From: Nitrososphaeraceae archaeon
Lineage (GTDB): Archaea; Thermoproteota; Nitrososphaeria; Nitrososphaerales; Nitrososphaeraceae
Assembly (NCBI GenBank): GCA_035642715.1
Contig: DASQRW010000073.1
Span: 1 to 32,000 of the forward strand
DNA length: 32,000 nt
Direction: 5' to 3'
Shown: positions 8,159 through 17,236 of the stretch, one piece after another
Layout of the letters: each line of letters opens with the position of its first letter
Position numbering within the stretch: the stretch's first letter is position 1
Translations under genes and position numbers: made by a program
The notes under the pieces: generated by a model
Database searches by the model: none
What the model was told of the DNA's origin: nothing
The model's input: only the letters and a program-made list of their open reading frames with translations

Positions 8159-8309
8159 AAAATTAAAAAATATCTGTCAAAACTAAATAATTATTTAAAA
8201 CTAATTTTATTATATTATATTATATTATTTACGATTTGATAATAATTTCTTGATAATTAATAATTTAGAATTTGAAAATAAAAAAAGGAAGGAAGGAAGG
8301 GAGACTATC

Positions 8310-8960
8310 TCAGTCCCATTTACTCCATGCAGCCATCCACCTGTATGTCCACGTATTCAATTTAGCACCTAAAGCTGCTATAGGCACGCTCAGCACCGCT
8401 CCTGCACCGGAACCTAACGCAACAGGACTATTGTAGAATTTTCCTACCTGAGGTTCAATGGGAGTCATATAGGGAGGAAGGGTAGGTCTTGGATATTTGA
8501 ATGCCATTTCCAGAGGATCCCTTATCAACAAAAGATTTATCATATTGAACAACGGCAGCGACAGTCCGACGAGCGTTCCTCCGATAATTATTGCGGCATG
8601 TTTGTTGCGCCGTGTTGCCCAATACGTCAAGTCCAATAACATTGCTGAAGGTATCCAAACTGGCACTGTGATGAAGTCATAGGGGTATCCTAATGCAAAC
8701 CATGCACCCTTCGCAACCCAGGTATATATTGTCATGATGGTAGCATAATATGTGGCCGTTCCGGGGACTCCAGTAAAGAGCATGTAGTATATTGCTCCTA
8801 CAACTAACATTGTAGATTGCGAAACTGAAAATACTACAAATGAAGTCCAAGCCCAATCAGTGTAGAAAATATAGTCGCCTGCATTAATAGTCAGAAGTGT
8901 ACTGTTTACAGCAACTACAACAATGAACAGATAGTGCGTTGTACGTCTAAGCCAGACCAT
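8310..8960 (-). CDS. amoA: Archaeal ammonia monooxygenase subunit A
   Basis: MVWLRRTTHYLFIVVVAVNSTLLTINAGDYIFYTDWAWTSF ... KLNTWTYRWMAAWSKWD is unmistakably archaeal AmoA. I start it at the ATG at 8960 (216 aa), not at the TTG at 8966 used by the track. Confidence 0.97.
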   Translation of the reverse strand: MVWLRRTTHYLFIVVVAVNSTLLTINAGDYIFYTDWAWTSFVVFSVSQSTMLVVGAIYYMLFTGVPGTATYYATIMTIYTWVAKGAWFALGYPYDFITVPVWIPSAMLLDLTYWATRRNKHAAIIIGGTLVGLSLPLFNMINLLLIRDPLEMAFKYPRPTLPPYMTPIEPQVGKFYNSPVALGSGAGAVLSVPIAALGAKLNTWTYRWMAAWSKWD

Positions 8961-8980
8961 TACCAACCTACTCTTTTAGG

Positions 8981-8991
8981 TAATATATAAA
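8981..8991 (-). promoter_or_regulatory. Candidate TATA box of amoA (TTTATATATTA on the minus strand, ending about 23 nt upstream of the ATG)
   Basis: The sequence and its spacing fit an archaeal TATA element feeding a leaderless or very short-leader mRNA. Not experimentally anchored. Confidence 0.3.
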
Positions 8992-9152
8992 ATTTTATAT
9001 CGGATCATACCATTCAAATGCGATACCATAGTCTTAATTCTTCTGAAATGAGTTCGGTGATTTTTGAAAGAAGATTCTAAATAATAATAATTATTTAATT
9101 AGAATAACAGTATAATAAAAATAAAATAAAACGAAATAGAAAAGAAGAACTC

Positions 9153-9455
9153 TTAGGCGCGAACTGGTTTTTCCATTGCTAGCTTCCAAATGAACATGAA
9201 TCCTAAAGCTTCAATTACGGTTAAGACAGAGAGTGCATATATACCACTTGGTAACGGATATGCCCAAGGATAAACTGTGACGCCAACATAAACTCCGCCT
9301 GCGGTCGCTATCCAGCAAAGCGCAAATCCTAAGATATATACACCTTTCATGTTTTCAACTCTACGGCCAATCATACGCTCAATATCATCTCTACGCTCGC
9401 CACCACCCGCACCTTCCTTTGGTCCTCCGGGGCCCCATCCTTTTGGTAAAGTCAT
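9153..9455 (-). CDS. amoX: AmoX (conserved small membrane protein encoded between amoA and amoC in ammonia-oxidizing archaea)
   Basis: 100 aa with a Gly/charged N-terminus followed by two hydrophobic helices. It has the canonical position between amoA and amoC on the same strand. Confidence 0.8.
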   Translation of the reverse strand: MTLPKGWGPGGPKEGAGGGERRDDIERMIGRRVENMKGVYILGFALCWIATAGGVYVGVTVYPWAYPLPSGIYALSVLTVIEALGFMFIWKLAMEKPVRA

Positions 9456-9480
9456 TTGATAATAACATCAAAACATGCCC

Positions 9481-9490
9481 TTTTAAATTT
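9481..9490 (-). promoter_or_regulatory. Candidate TATA box of amoX (AATTTAAAA on the minus strand, about 25 nt upstream of the ATG)
   Basis: Based on sequence and spacing only. Confidence 0.3.
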
Positions 9491-9781
9491 TGCTATTGAT
9501 AGCATTTATAGAAAAAGTTTTCATATACAATTGTAAAGATAATGTCATAAACGGGACAAACATAATTGCTACTCATATCTTCACAATAACTATACATAGT
9601 GTGTATCTTTTTTACATAAGATAGATGTTATTTAATGATACATGTAACTCATTGCTAATGTTCAGATTCAGATATATGCTACAAATCTAATGAAATGGTA
9701 AAATTTGTTATTTGATTGTTTGAATAATTAAAGAAAAAAAATTTGGACCAGTCTGAAATCTTAAGTGACCGATTTTATCTC

Positions 9782-10345
9782 TTATGGGATAGATCTACTG
9801 TAAAGCTTGCCTTCTAATGCTAGCTTGTACATTTCGGCCACATACGGATTCTTTGCTGGTGTTTCTGCACCAAGTTCTACCATACGTGCATAAACTCTCA
9901 CAACGTATGCAAGAGCACCCATGAAAGCCACGACGACTCCCATGTTGAACATCCAGTGGTTAGGAACTGCGAATATTTCCTCTACAAACCAGAAATGCCA
10001 CATTTCGTTAATTCCAATAGTGAACATGGTTGCTAAATAACCAATGATGGTTATTTTCAAACCTGTGTTCATAGAGTTGTTTGGACCTCTAAGAATTGGT
10101 ACTCTTCTATCATACATTGCTACGAAGCCCCATCCTAGTGGCAGAGCAACGAAGTGACTATATAACCACCAATGTGCCGGTGTAAATGCACTATCTCTGA
10201 TAGCTGTCTGATGCAGTGATCCATCGACAAAGTTGTCTACCTCGACTGATGCTGCGATTGAACCCAGCATGACAATCATAATATAGATTTTCTTTAGTCG
10301 TTGGATTTCTACTTCTTTTGGTATTAGTGCTGGCATTTGTGCCAT
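9782..10345 (-). CDS. amoC: Archaeal ammonia monooxygenase subunit C
   Basis: MAQMPALIPKEVEIQRLKK ... DGSLHQTAIRDSAFTPAHWWLYSHF ... RGPNNSMNTGLK ... NPYVAEMYKLALEGKLYSRSIP matches archaeal AmoC. I chose the ATG at 10345 (187 aa) over the longer track ORF. Confidence 0.95.
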   Translation of the reverse strand: MAQMPALIPKEVEIQRLKKIYIMIVMLGSIAASVEVDNFVDGSLHQTAIRDSAFTPAHWWLYSHFVALPLGWGFVAMYDRRVPILRGPNNSMNTGLKITIIGYLATMFTIGINEMWHFWFVEEIFAVPNHWMFNMGVVVAFMGALAYVVRVYARMVELGAETPAKNPYVAEMYKLALEGKLYSRSIP

Positions 10346-10604
10346 TGTCGTCAATATCATTTTGACTGATCTGCTATATAAACTTGTTATTTGCATTTAC
10401 ATCGACTTTCTTATATTAATTATATCCAATTATTTTATTATTATTAAAAAATACAGAAATTAACGATGATTTTAATTATTCTGTTGATATGCTTACGATT
10501 ATCTTCATTGATAATCATAATTGATTATCTTTTATTTTTTACTGTGTGGGTGGTATAGCAAAGCATATATCTTTGTCCTTCCACCTATGCCTAGATATAC
10601 AGAT

Positions 10605-11162
10605 ATGAGTAAAAGCACGACCTTAATCGTCACGGCTCTTGCGTCAGTCATGGTACTATATATAGCATTTGCGTTCATACCGGTCGCAGAGGGTCATGGT
10701 GTGCAGGCACAGCTTCAAAGTAGATTCGTACGTATTCAAGATGAAGCTTTTTCGGCTCAAACGCTTCAAACTGGTGATGAAATAACAGTAACGGGCGAAC
10801 TACAAAGCCTGGTAAATAGACCTCTAAGAGCATGGATCTCATTATTTAGTGAATCGACTAATGCAGGAAATAGATGGGAATTTGTTGCAAGAGATCCACC
10901 AGGAAATGTGTTTGAGATTCCTCCTCAAGGAACTATTCCATATGAATTAAGAGCAAAAGCACTTGAGCCTGGCATATACCATGTACACACACAGCTTAAT
11001 ATAGCCGGTGTTGGCCCAGGCCTTGGTCCTGGACAGACTGTACAAGTAAGTGGACAAGCAATCTTAAAGCCAGTTCCTTGGGGTAATGTATTCTATCAAG
11101 TAGTTCTTATTGGAGCAGGCCTCGGTATAACATTCGCTACAAGACCATGGCAAGTTATTTAG
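10605..11162 (+). CDS. amoB: Archaeal ammonia monooxygenase subunit B
   Basis: Signal/anchor, then HGVQAQLQSRFVRI ... SESTNAGNRWE ... LEPGIYHVHTQLNIAGVGPGLGPGQT ... TFATRPWQVI is hallmark archaeal AmoB. I chose the ATG at 10605 (MSKSTT...). It is divergent from amoC. Confidence 0.93.
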   Translation: MSKSTTLIVTALASVMVLYIAFAFIPVAEGHGVQAQLQSRFVRIQDEAFSAQTLQTGDEITVTGELQSLVNRPLRAWISLFSESTNAGNRWEFVARDPPGNVFEIPPQGTIPYELRAKALEPGIYHVHTQLNIAGVGPGLGPGQTVQVSGQAILKPVPWGNVFYQVVLIGAGLGITFATRPWQVI

Positions 11163-11181
11163 AAGAATAAATTCTTCCTCA

Positions 11182-11192
11182 TTTTTATTTTT
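11182..11192 (+). terminator. Oligo-T tract (TTTTTATTTTT) about 20 nt downstream of the amoB stop
   Basis: Archaeal termination commonly uses oligo-T runs. Based on position only. Confidence 0.35.
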
Positions 11193-11650
11193 AAAACGAT
11201 TTTAATTCTGTATTTGCAAGTCCCACGGTTATCTACTCTACTGGCATATCTTTAAAACTAACTATCAAGCGCTTTTTATCTCTTTATTGTTTTATAATAA
11301 TGTCACTTATCATTCATATTAGGTTTTAGGCTTCAGTGCATAACTTACTATTCAGTCAAATTCTATCATACATAATAATCGCCTTAATTGCAATAATAGT
11401 TTTTTGTATTGAAGAGCAGAAATAGGAGAATGAACTTCCAGAGAAGATTTAACAACTGATCGCAATATTCATTTGTTGTTCTCTGTAGGAGAGATATATG
11501 TATTATAATTTTCAAGTTATGAATATTTTTGGAAACATTTCCAATTGTAACATTGTCTAGAGGATAAAATTGTAAAGTCGATTTCCATTTCTATGTCATA
11601 CATAGAAAAGGATAAAAAAGTTAGGATTTATCAGATAAAAGTAGAAGAAA

Positions 11651-11681
11651 GATACAAAGAATTCTAATATTTCTTTGTATC
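11651..11681 (-). terminator. Perfect 11-bp stem / 9-nt loop hairpin 23 nt downstream of the 11704 stop, followed by T-rich sequence on the minus strand
   Basis: GATACAAAGAA (11651-11661) and TTCTTTGTATC (11671-11681) are exact reverse complements. Confidence 0.35.
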
Positions 11682-11703
11682 CTTCTAGAAGATCATTTAT
11701 AAT

Positions 11704-11982
11704 TTACCAATGGTGTTTTTCATCCGGAATTAGACCGATTTGTTCACGTTCGAAGTATCTTTCTAGCTCTTGTGTCCATTTCTCCTTTGCAGAACCGCCA
11801 CCAAGCCCCTTTTTCCGTAGCCAGAATGCGATGACACCTAACAGAAACACAGCGAATAACATAGTGCCGAAGATGTAGACCATTACATCATAGAACAGCG
11901 GGTCATACGATGGTCCTATTTGTCCAATCAGACTGTTAAACTTAGTATTTACCATTGCCATAACGCTCATGATAGCGCTCAT
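11704..11982 (-). CDS. Small single-pass membrane protein next to amoB; candidate accessory AMO subunit (AmoY/AmoZ-like, unverified)
   Basis: MSAIMSVMAMVNTKFNSLIGQIGPSYDPLFYDVMVYIFGTMLFAVFLLGVIAFWLRKKGLGGG... has one strong TM helix and a charged C-terminal tail. I used the ATG at 11982; the track uses the TTG at 12033. Confidence 0.6.
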   Translation of the reverse strand: MSAIMSVMAMVNTKFNSLIGQIGPSYDPLFYDVMVYIFGTMLFAVFLLGVIAFWLRKKGLGGGSAKEKWTQELERYFEREQIGLIPDEKHHW

Positions 11983-12203
11983 TATCTTAGAGCAGATAAA
12001 ATCTATGATATATACATTTTGGTTCGATAACAATCTTTTACAGAAGATTTTTTTGGTGCCGTACTATTAATCGTTACATAAAATCCTTATATGATCAATA
12101 CAGCAATGACGTAATAATTATTTAATATAGAAAAACTGTGAGATATCATATTAACTCAAGGCATCGAGCCACGTCCTAGATAAAAGCTAATGAATAAGCC
12201 TAC

Positions 12204-12247
12204 AAAAAAAGTTAGGAAGGGATTCTTTAGCACTTCTATTAGAAGTG
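12204..12247 (-). terminator. 7-bp hairpin (CACTTCT ATT AGAAGTG) followed on the minus strand by a T7 run, about 50 nt downstream of the 12299 stop
   Basis: Hairpin at 12231-12247. The A7 on the plus strand at 12204-12210 reads as T7 on the coding strand. Confidence 0.35.
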
Positions 12248-12298
12248 GTACTTCAGTGATAGATGATATTTTTCTTTAATAAAAAGTAGTTGGAGGAC

Positions 12299-12646
12299 TT
12301 AGCTTGTTGCTGCTTCTTTTCTTCCTGCTCTGCCTTTGACGAAGAAAGCTGCTGCAACGCCACCAAATATTGCTGTTAGGATAACTATCATAATCACTGT
12401 TTCACTTATGTTACTTCCCAGCATAGGTGTACCAGAACCATAAGCGCCAGCCGACTTGGCATTGGCAATTTTGTCTTTCGCTAGATTTAACTCCTCTTCA
12501 ACGCTACTACCACCCGTAGCAGCTGGGTTGGTATATTGCCCGTATGCAGTCTCAAGCGCAGGAAAAACAAATGCAACACCCATCAGAAGTGCTATTGTGA
12601 CTATAGCCAGTGAAATTGGCTTATTCATATCAAGTACATTTTTCAT
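12299..12646 (-). CDS. Small exported, C-terminally anchored protein; second candidate accessory AMO subunit (unverified)
   Basis: N-terminal signal-like helix (ISLAIVTIALLMGVAFVFPALETAYG), an Ala/Gly/Ser-rich middle, and a C-terminal TM helix plus basic tail (VIMIVILTAIFGGVAAAFFVKGRAGRK). Confidence 0.6.
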   Translation of the reverse strand: MKNVLDMNKPISLAIVTIALLMGVAFVFPALETAYGQYTNPAATGGSSVEEELNLAKDKIANAKSAGAYGSGTPMLGSNISETVIMIVILTAIFGGVAAAFFVKGRAGRKEAATS

Positions 12647-12729
12647 GTCAATTATTTAACCTTTATGTCTTCATCACAATATGAAATTAAGTAACATTTA
12701 GATACGTATTAAAATTTTTCATAGATGAT

Positions 12730-13179
12730 ATGGCACGAATTCATGCTCATACTCATGGTAAATCCCACTCTACTCGTCCAACTTCAAAGGATGTTCCCCC
12801 TTGGCTGACAGAAAGCCAAGAAAAAGTATCCTCATTAATAGTTGGATTGGCTAAGGAAGGCATAACGCCAAGTGAAATAGGATTACGTTTACGTGACGAA
12901 TATGGGATACCTCTCGCTAAGCCTATTTTAGGTAGAACAATAGCAGATGTACTTGTAGATAATGACATCAAAAGAGATATGCCAGAAGATCTAGAGCACT
13001 TAGTCATGAAAGCTTTGGGTCTACAAAAGCATCTTAGAACTCATAATAGTGATCATAGAAACATCCGATCTCTGGAATTAATCGAATCAAAGATTCATAG
13101 ATTATCCAAATACTATAAGAAAATAGGTAAGATTAAGAAAAACTGGAAATATGCCGCAGTTATCGCACAGTTAGAATAA
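12730..13179 (+). CDS. rps15: 30S ribosomal protein uS15 (S15P/S13e)
   Basis: MARIHAHTHGKSHSTRP... and the C-terminal RLSKYYKK pattern are typical of archaeal S15P. Confidence 0.95.
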   Translation: MARIHAHTHGKSHSTRPTSKDVPPWLTESQEKVSSLIVGLAKEGITPSEIGLRLRDEYGIPLAKPILGRTIADVLVDNDIKRDMPEDLEHLVMKALGLQKHLRTHNSDHRNIRSLELIESKIHRLSKYYKKIGKIKKNWKYAAVIAQLE

Positions 13180-13188
13180 GAAATTAGC

Positions 13189-14628
13189 ATGAGTGATAAA
13201 GAAATCTATCAGGCTCTAAAGGCTTTTTGCGAGAAAATTGAATATATGGTTGAAAATGAGAAGGAAATTAGTATTATTAGCCATTTGGATGCAGATGGAA
13301 TAGCTTCAGGAAGTATTATATCCTCAGCATTGGCCAGATTAGGTGCGAAATGTACTATTCGTACCGTCTCAGATATGACTTTAAATGTTCTAGAACAAAT
13401 GCGCTATGAAAATCATGATTTTTACATAATTACAGACCTTGGTGGAGGCATGGCTAATGAATTTAACCAAGCCCTTGATAACAGATGGGTCATAATTGAT
13501 CATCATCAAATTCCCGAACACGAAATATCAATTGTTGACAATAATCAAATCCTAAATGCTTGGAAATATGGCATAGACGGAGGTAAAGAGATTTCCGCTG
13601 GAGGAATGGCATATATGGTTGCGACCACGCTTGATAGAAAAAATAAGAATCTATCTCCAATTGCAATTGTTTCTGCACTTGCTGATAGACAAGACCAAGG
13701 AGAAAAAAAATCACTTTTTGGCCTTAATTCCGAAATAGTTAAGACTGCTCAGTCGCTTCGACTTATTAGTATGGATTTGGATCTTATGTTTACAGGACGT
13801 GAGACTCGGCCAATCCATGAAGCACTTGCCTATACTGCTTTTCCATATATCGAAGGTTTAACATGGGCTACGGAATCCTGTTATGCAGTCATAAAAAATG
13901 CAGGAATAAAAATGAGTAATAACGGACGATGGCGTGTCCTTTCCGAAATTTCTCAAGATGAGAAAAACATTATTTTAAATGCAATAGCAGAATATGTAGT
14001 CAATTCATCGAAAAATAAAGAAGTTAATATCATTGATAATCTGATAGGATATACATACACACTCATAAACGAAGATCAAAGAAGTCTACTCCGTGACGCA
14101 CGGGAATTCTCGACCATGCTGAATGCATGTGGACGAATTCGAAAGGCAGGAGTGGGTATTGGAATTTGTATGGGCGATAGGAATGATCTATTAAATGAAG
14201 GCGAGAAGATAGTCACAAAATACAGAACAACCTTAAGAAACTATATATCTTCTATTTTTGTTGAAAAATGGCGCATGATTGATAACGGCAAGTCAATTTT
14301 CATTAACGGAGAGGGACTTTTGGCTGAAGACATGCTAGGAGCAATTTCATCTTTATTGAGTGGATCCCCAACTCTTGGTGGCCGACTTGTTTTTGTGAGA
14401 ACCTTGACTAACGACGGATTCTATAAATTTTCCTCTAGAAAATCCCTAGGAAGTACATCAAAGTCAGATCTGGGTTTGATAATGCGATATTGTTCGGAAT
14501 CTGTTGGGGGAAGTGGAGGCGGTCATTCATCGGCGGCAGGATGTAGAATTCCATCTGCACGATTGGAAGAATTTTTATCTGCAGTTAGGAACGCAATACT
14601 AGATGCCAAATTCACAGCCGCTTCTTGA
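13189..14628 (+). CDS. RecJ/Cdc45-like DHH-family nuclease (GAN-like), catalytic motifs intact
   Basis: DHH motifs are present: HLDADGIASG (I), ITDLGG (II), IIDHHQ (III) and the DHHA1 motif GGSGGGHSSAAG (IV). Confidence 0.85.
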   Translation: MSDKEIYQALKAFCEKIEYMVENEKEISIISHLDADGIASGSIISSALARLGAKCTIRTVSDMTLNVLEQMRYENHDFYIITDLGGGMANEFNQALDNRWVIIDHHQIPEHEISIVDNNQILNAWKYGIDGGKEISAGGMAYMVATTLDRKNKNLSPIAIVSALADRQDQGEKKSLFGLNSEIVKTAQSLRLISMDLDLMFTGRETRPIHEALAYTAFPYIEGLTWATESCYAVIKNAGIKMSNNGRWRVLSEISQDEKNIILNAIAEYVVNSSKNKEVNIIDNLIGYTYTLINEDQRSLLRDAREFSTMLNACGRIRKAGVGIGICMGDRNDLLNEGEKIVTKYRTTLRNYISSIFVEKWRMIDNGKSIFINGEGLLAEDMLGAISSLLSGSPTLGGRLVFVRTLTNDGFYKFSSRKSLGSTSKSDLGLIMRYCSESVGGSGGGHSSAAGCRIPSARLEEFLSAVRNAILDAKFTAAS

Positions 14629-14869
14629 AATAACTGTTATCATAGAATTAAACTTCTCAAATCAATCTGAAAGAGATGCAATCATGAAGGCATTGATACC
14701 AGATAATATAAACTTTCCAAAAGGCTTATCTATGGACATGAGTTCAAAAGGTAACACTGCTATCTGTATCAAATTTTCCTCGTGTACACAAATTGAGACC
14801 TTGATCAATACTGTGGATGAAGTTTTACAGGATATTTCGCTTGCAAAAAAAGTGATAATTGATGCTTGA
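14603..14869 (+). CDS. Pcc1-like KEOPS complex subunit (tentative)
   Basis: An 88-aa protein with EAxAIxxALxPD-like SERDAIMKALIPDN and ICIKFSS...TLINTVDEVL, resembling the Pcc1/CTAG fold pattern. It overlaps both neighbours (26 nt with recJ-like, 8 nt with serS). Confidence 0.5.
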   Translation: MPNSQPLLEITVIIELNFSNQSERDAIMKALIPDNINFPKGLSMDMSSKGNTAICIKFSSCTQIETLINTVDEVLQDISLAKKVIIDA

Positions 14870-16133
14870 CTCAAAGTTACTGAAACAAAATCCAGAAGTC
14901 ATAATAGATATGCTAAAGAAAAGGAAAATAGAGTTTCCAATTAACGATCTAATTTCCCTAGATAAGAGACGACGTGAAATAATTGTAGAAATGCAGCACG
15001 TCAAACATAAGAAGAACACTCTTTCACATTCTATTGCCTCCAAGAAAAAAGAAAAGGCTAATTCATCATTAGAAATATCGGAAATGAAAGATATAGGAAA
15101 CAGAATTATCAGTCTCGAGAAAGAAAAGAGTATAGTTGAATCGCAATTTAACCTTCTCATGAGATGTCTTCCTAATATTATCGATCAATCTGTTCCAATT
15201 GGAAATAATGAAAACGACAATGTCATCTTACAGCATCATGGAAAAATTAAGAATTTGGACTTCAAGCCTAAGGATCATGTTGAAATTGCAACTTCTCTGG
15301 ATCTGGTCGATATGGAAAGAGCTGCAAAAATATCGGGTGCGAGATTTTACTTTTTAAAAAAAGAATTGGTAAGTATGAATTATGCCTTAATTCTCTTTGC
15401 ACTAGATTTTTTATCTGATAAAGGGTACATACTCACTCAGCCTCCATATATGATTAGAAGAAGTGCTATCGAAGGGTCTGTAATACTGGAAGATTTTGAA
15501 CAAGTGATTTACAAGATTAATGAAGAGGACCTATATATGATTGGAACTTCTGAGCATGCACTGGCGTCAATGCATATGAATGAAATTTTAAATGGTAAGC
15601 AGCTACCAATCAAATATGCGGGTATTAGTCCTTGTTTTAGAAAAGAAGCCGGTGCTCATGGCAAAGATATGAAAGGAATTTTCAGAGTGCATCAGTTTGA
15701 AAAAGTAGAACAATTCATATACTCTCGTCCAGAAGATTCACAGAAAGAACATGAGAAGATGTTAACTATAACTGAAGAATTTTATAATATAATTGGCATT
15801 CCTTACCGGACAGTGGTTCTATGTTCAGCAGACTTGGGCAAGATTTCAGCCAAAACATATGATATAGAGGCATGGATGCCAGGACAAAGTGCTTATAGAG
15901 AGATAGTTTCATGTTCAAACTGTACCGATTACCAAGCTCGTAGACTCGGCATAAGATTTAAAGACAAGACAAATGAAGAAACTAGATTAGTTCATACTCT
16001 AAATAGCACGTTAGTAGCGACTGAGAGAACTATGGTAAGTATTTTGGAAAACTACCAGACCTCAAATGGAGAGGTTGAAATTCCAGATACTCTTCGAAAG
16101 TACATGGGAGACATGAAGAAAATCAAGATTTAA
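14862..16133 (+). CDS. serS: Seryl-tRNA synthetase
   Basis: MLDSKLLKQNPEVI, the class II motifs (FRKEAGAHGKDMKGIFRVHQFEKVE, GTSEHAL) and the C-terminal NSTLVATERT are present. I start it at the ATG at 14862; the track begins at the TTG at 14859. Confidence 0.95.
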   Translation: MLDSKLLKQNPEVIIDMLKKRKIEFPINDLISLDKRRREIIVEMQHVKHKKNTLSHSIASKKKEKANSSLEISEMKDIGNRIISLEKEKSIVESQFNLLMRCLPNIIDQSVPIGNNENDNVILQHHGKIKNLDFKPKDHVEIATSLDLVDMERAAKISGARFYFLKKELVSMNYALILFALDFLSDKGYILTQPPYMIRRSAIEGSVILEDFEQVIYKINEEDLYMIGTSEHALASMHMNEILNGKQLPIKYAGISPCFRKEAGAHGKDMKGIFRVHQFEKVEQFIYSRPEDSQKEHEKMLTITEEFYNIIGIPYRTVVLCSADLGKISAKTYDIEAWMPGQSAYREIVSCSNCTDYQARRLGIRFKDKTNEETRLVHTLNSTLVATERTMVSILENYQTSNGEVEIPDTLRKYMGDMKKIKI

Positions 16134-16778
16134 TATTTTAATATTATCATAGTCATTGTACTAATAATAATAATATATCCTGTTAGTCAACGCCAAACTT
16201 TCTATTTGTCAATTCATATGACGAGTATATTTAGATAATAAACCTCAAGAGATCAAAGCTGGGAAGTATCAATGCTACAATAAAACTTGACTAAAGTCTA
16301 AAAATCGATCTGATAATAGTAGCAAAAACTTGTCTATAGGCTAAAAGCAGACAAAGATAGAGACGTACACTAACTGCAATAATAATAACAAAGCGAGCCA
16401 AAAATAGTGACTACTATCTCTAATCAACATCAGAAGACAATAGTACCCTATAGCCAGCAAGACCATATGAAATTTTAAAATAGATAAGTTATGCGGCTAA
16501 TTCATATTACAATTCAATTCAACAATAATATTTTCATCTAAAAAGTACAAGTTACCTTTAGCAAAATAGTCATATTCATATCATCGCACAACCTAATGGT
16601 GTTAGGGTATACTCGCACAACAATCCATGCATGAAAAAAGAACAAAATGTTTATGAAACGGATGCTTTGTAATATTCAACTTTCAGAACGCGTGTTTATA
16701 CAATAACAATATTGATCTAAAAACCTCAATGAATTTTGAGGTGAGTGGCCTTACTAATAATGAAATGTGATGAAGTAG

Positions 16779-16976
16779 GAAAAATATTTTCACTTCACTT
16801 TTAGCAAGATTGCATATGAAGAATCTGTCAAAGTGAAGTGTATTGAAATAGCAAAAGAATTCAGGGAGTACGGCAGCGGCGGCGGCCATGGAGGAGGTGC
16901 TGCTGGCAGATTCCTAAATTCCAAGCCTCAAGAATTAACAAATGAAGAGGAAACTATAATTGAACAAATATTTTAG
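16779..16976 (+). pseudogene. Start-less C-terminal remnant of a second DHH/DHHA1-family (RecJ-like) gene
   Basis: Open frame after the TAG at 16776: EKYFHFTFSKIAYEESVKVKCIEIAKEFREYGSGGGHGGGAAGRFLNSKPQELTNEEETIIEQIF. It contains no Met. The GGGH..AAG motif matches the DHHA1 motif of the intact gene at 13189-14628. The track ORF 16683-16889 (-) is its antisense shadow. Confidence 0.4.
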
Positions 16977-17236
16977 GCTGTTTCCAATTACATTAACAAA
17001 CCTCAAAGGGTTAGGTAGCTGGAAAAAGACATAAATCAGATGGGGCTTTAAATTCAATACAACATCAGTTAAAAATTAGTTGCAATGACTTTAATATTAA
17101 GAATTGAATCTTTCACATTATAGCATTGCGGTTGCACCAACAAGTAGCTTGATGATACAGACTATTAGTATGTCTAAAATAGAAATCTTATAGTAGCAGA
17201 AATGTTTTGAATGAATATAATTCAAGGGATTAGAAG

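Noticed and set aside
12299-12646. PEFG-CTERM/archaeosortase sorting signal in the 115-aa protein
   Set aside because: The C-terminal TM helix plus basic tail is present, but no PEFG or PGF motif precedes it.
16560-16640. Possible N-terminal DHH motif remnant (VIFISSHNLMVLGYT) upstream of the DHHA1 fragment
   Set aside because: The similarity to the DHH motif I is very weak, and the spacing to the DHHA1 motif is far too short for an intact domain. It does not support a claim.
16767-16830. C/D-box sRNA candidates starting at GTGATGA (16767, and another at 23057)
   Set aside because: There is no properly spaced D box (CTGA) or terminal stem 40-60 nt downstream in either case.
16683-16889. Track ORF encoding MAAAAAVLPEF...
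   Set aside because: It is the antisense strand of the GGC-rich DHHA1 motif remnant. The Ala run is the complement of the Gly codons.
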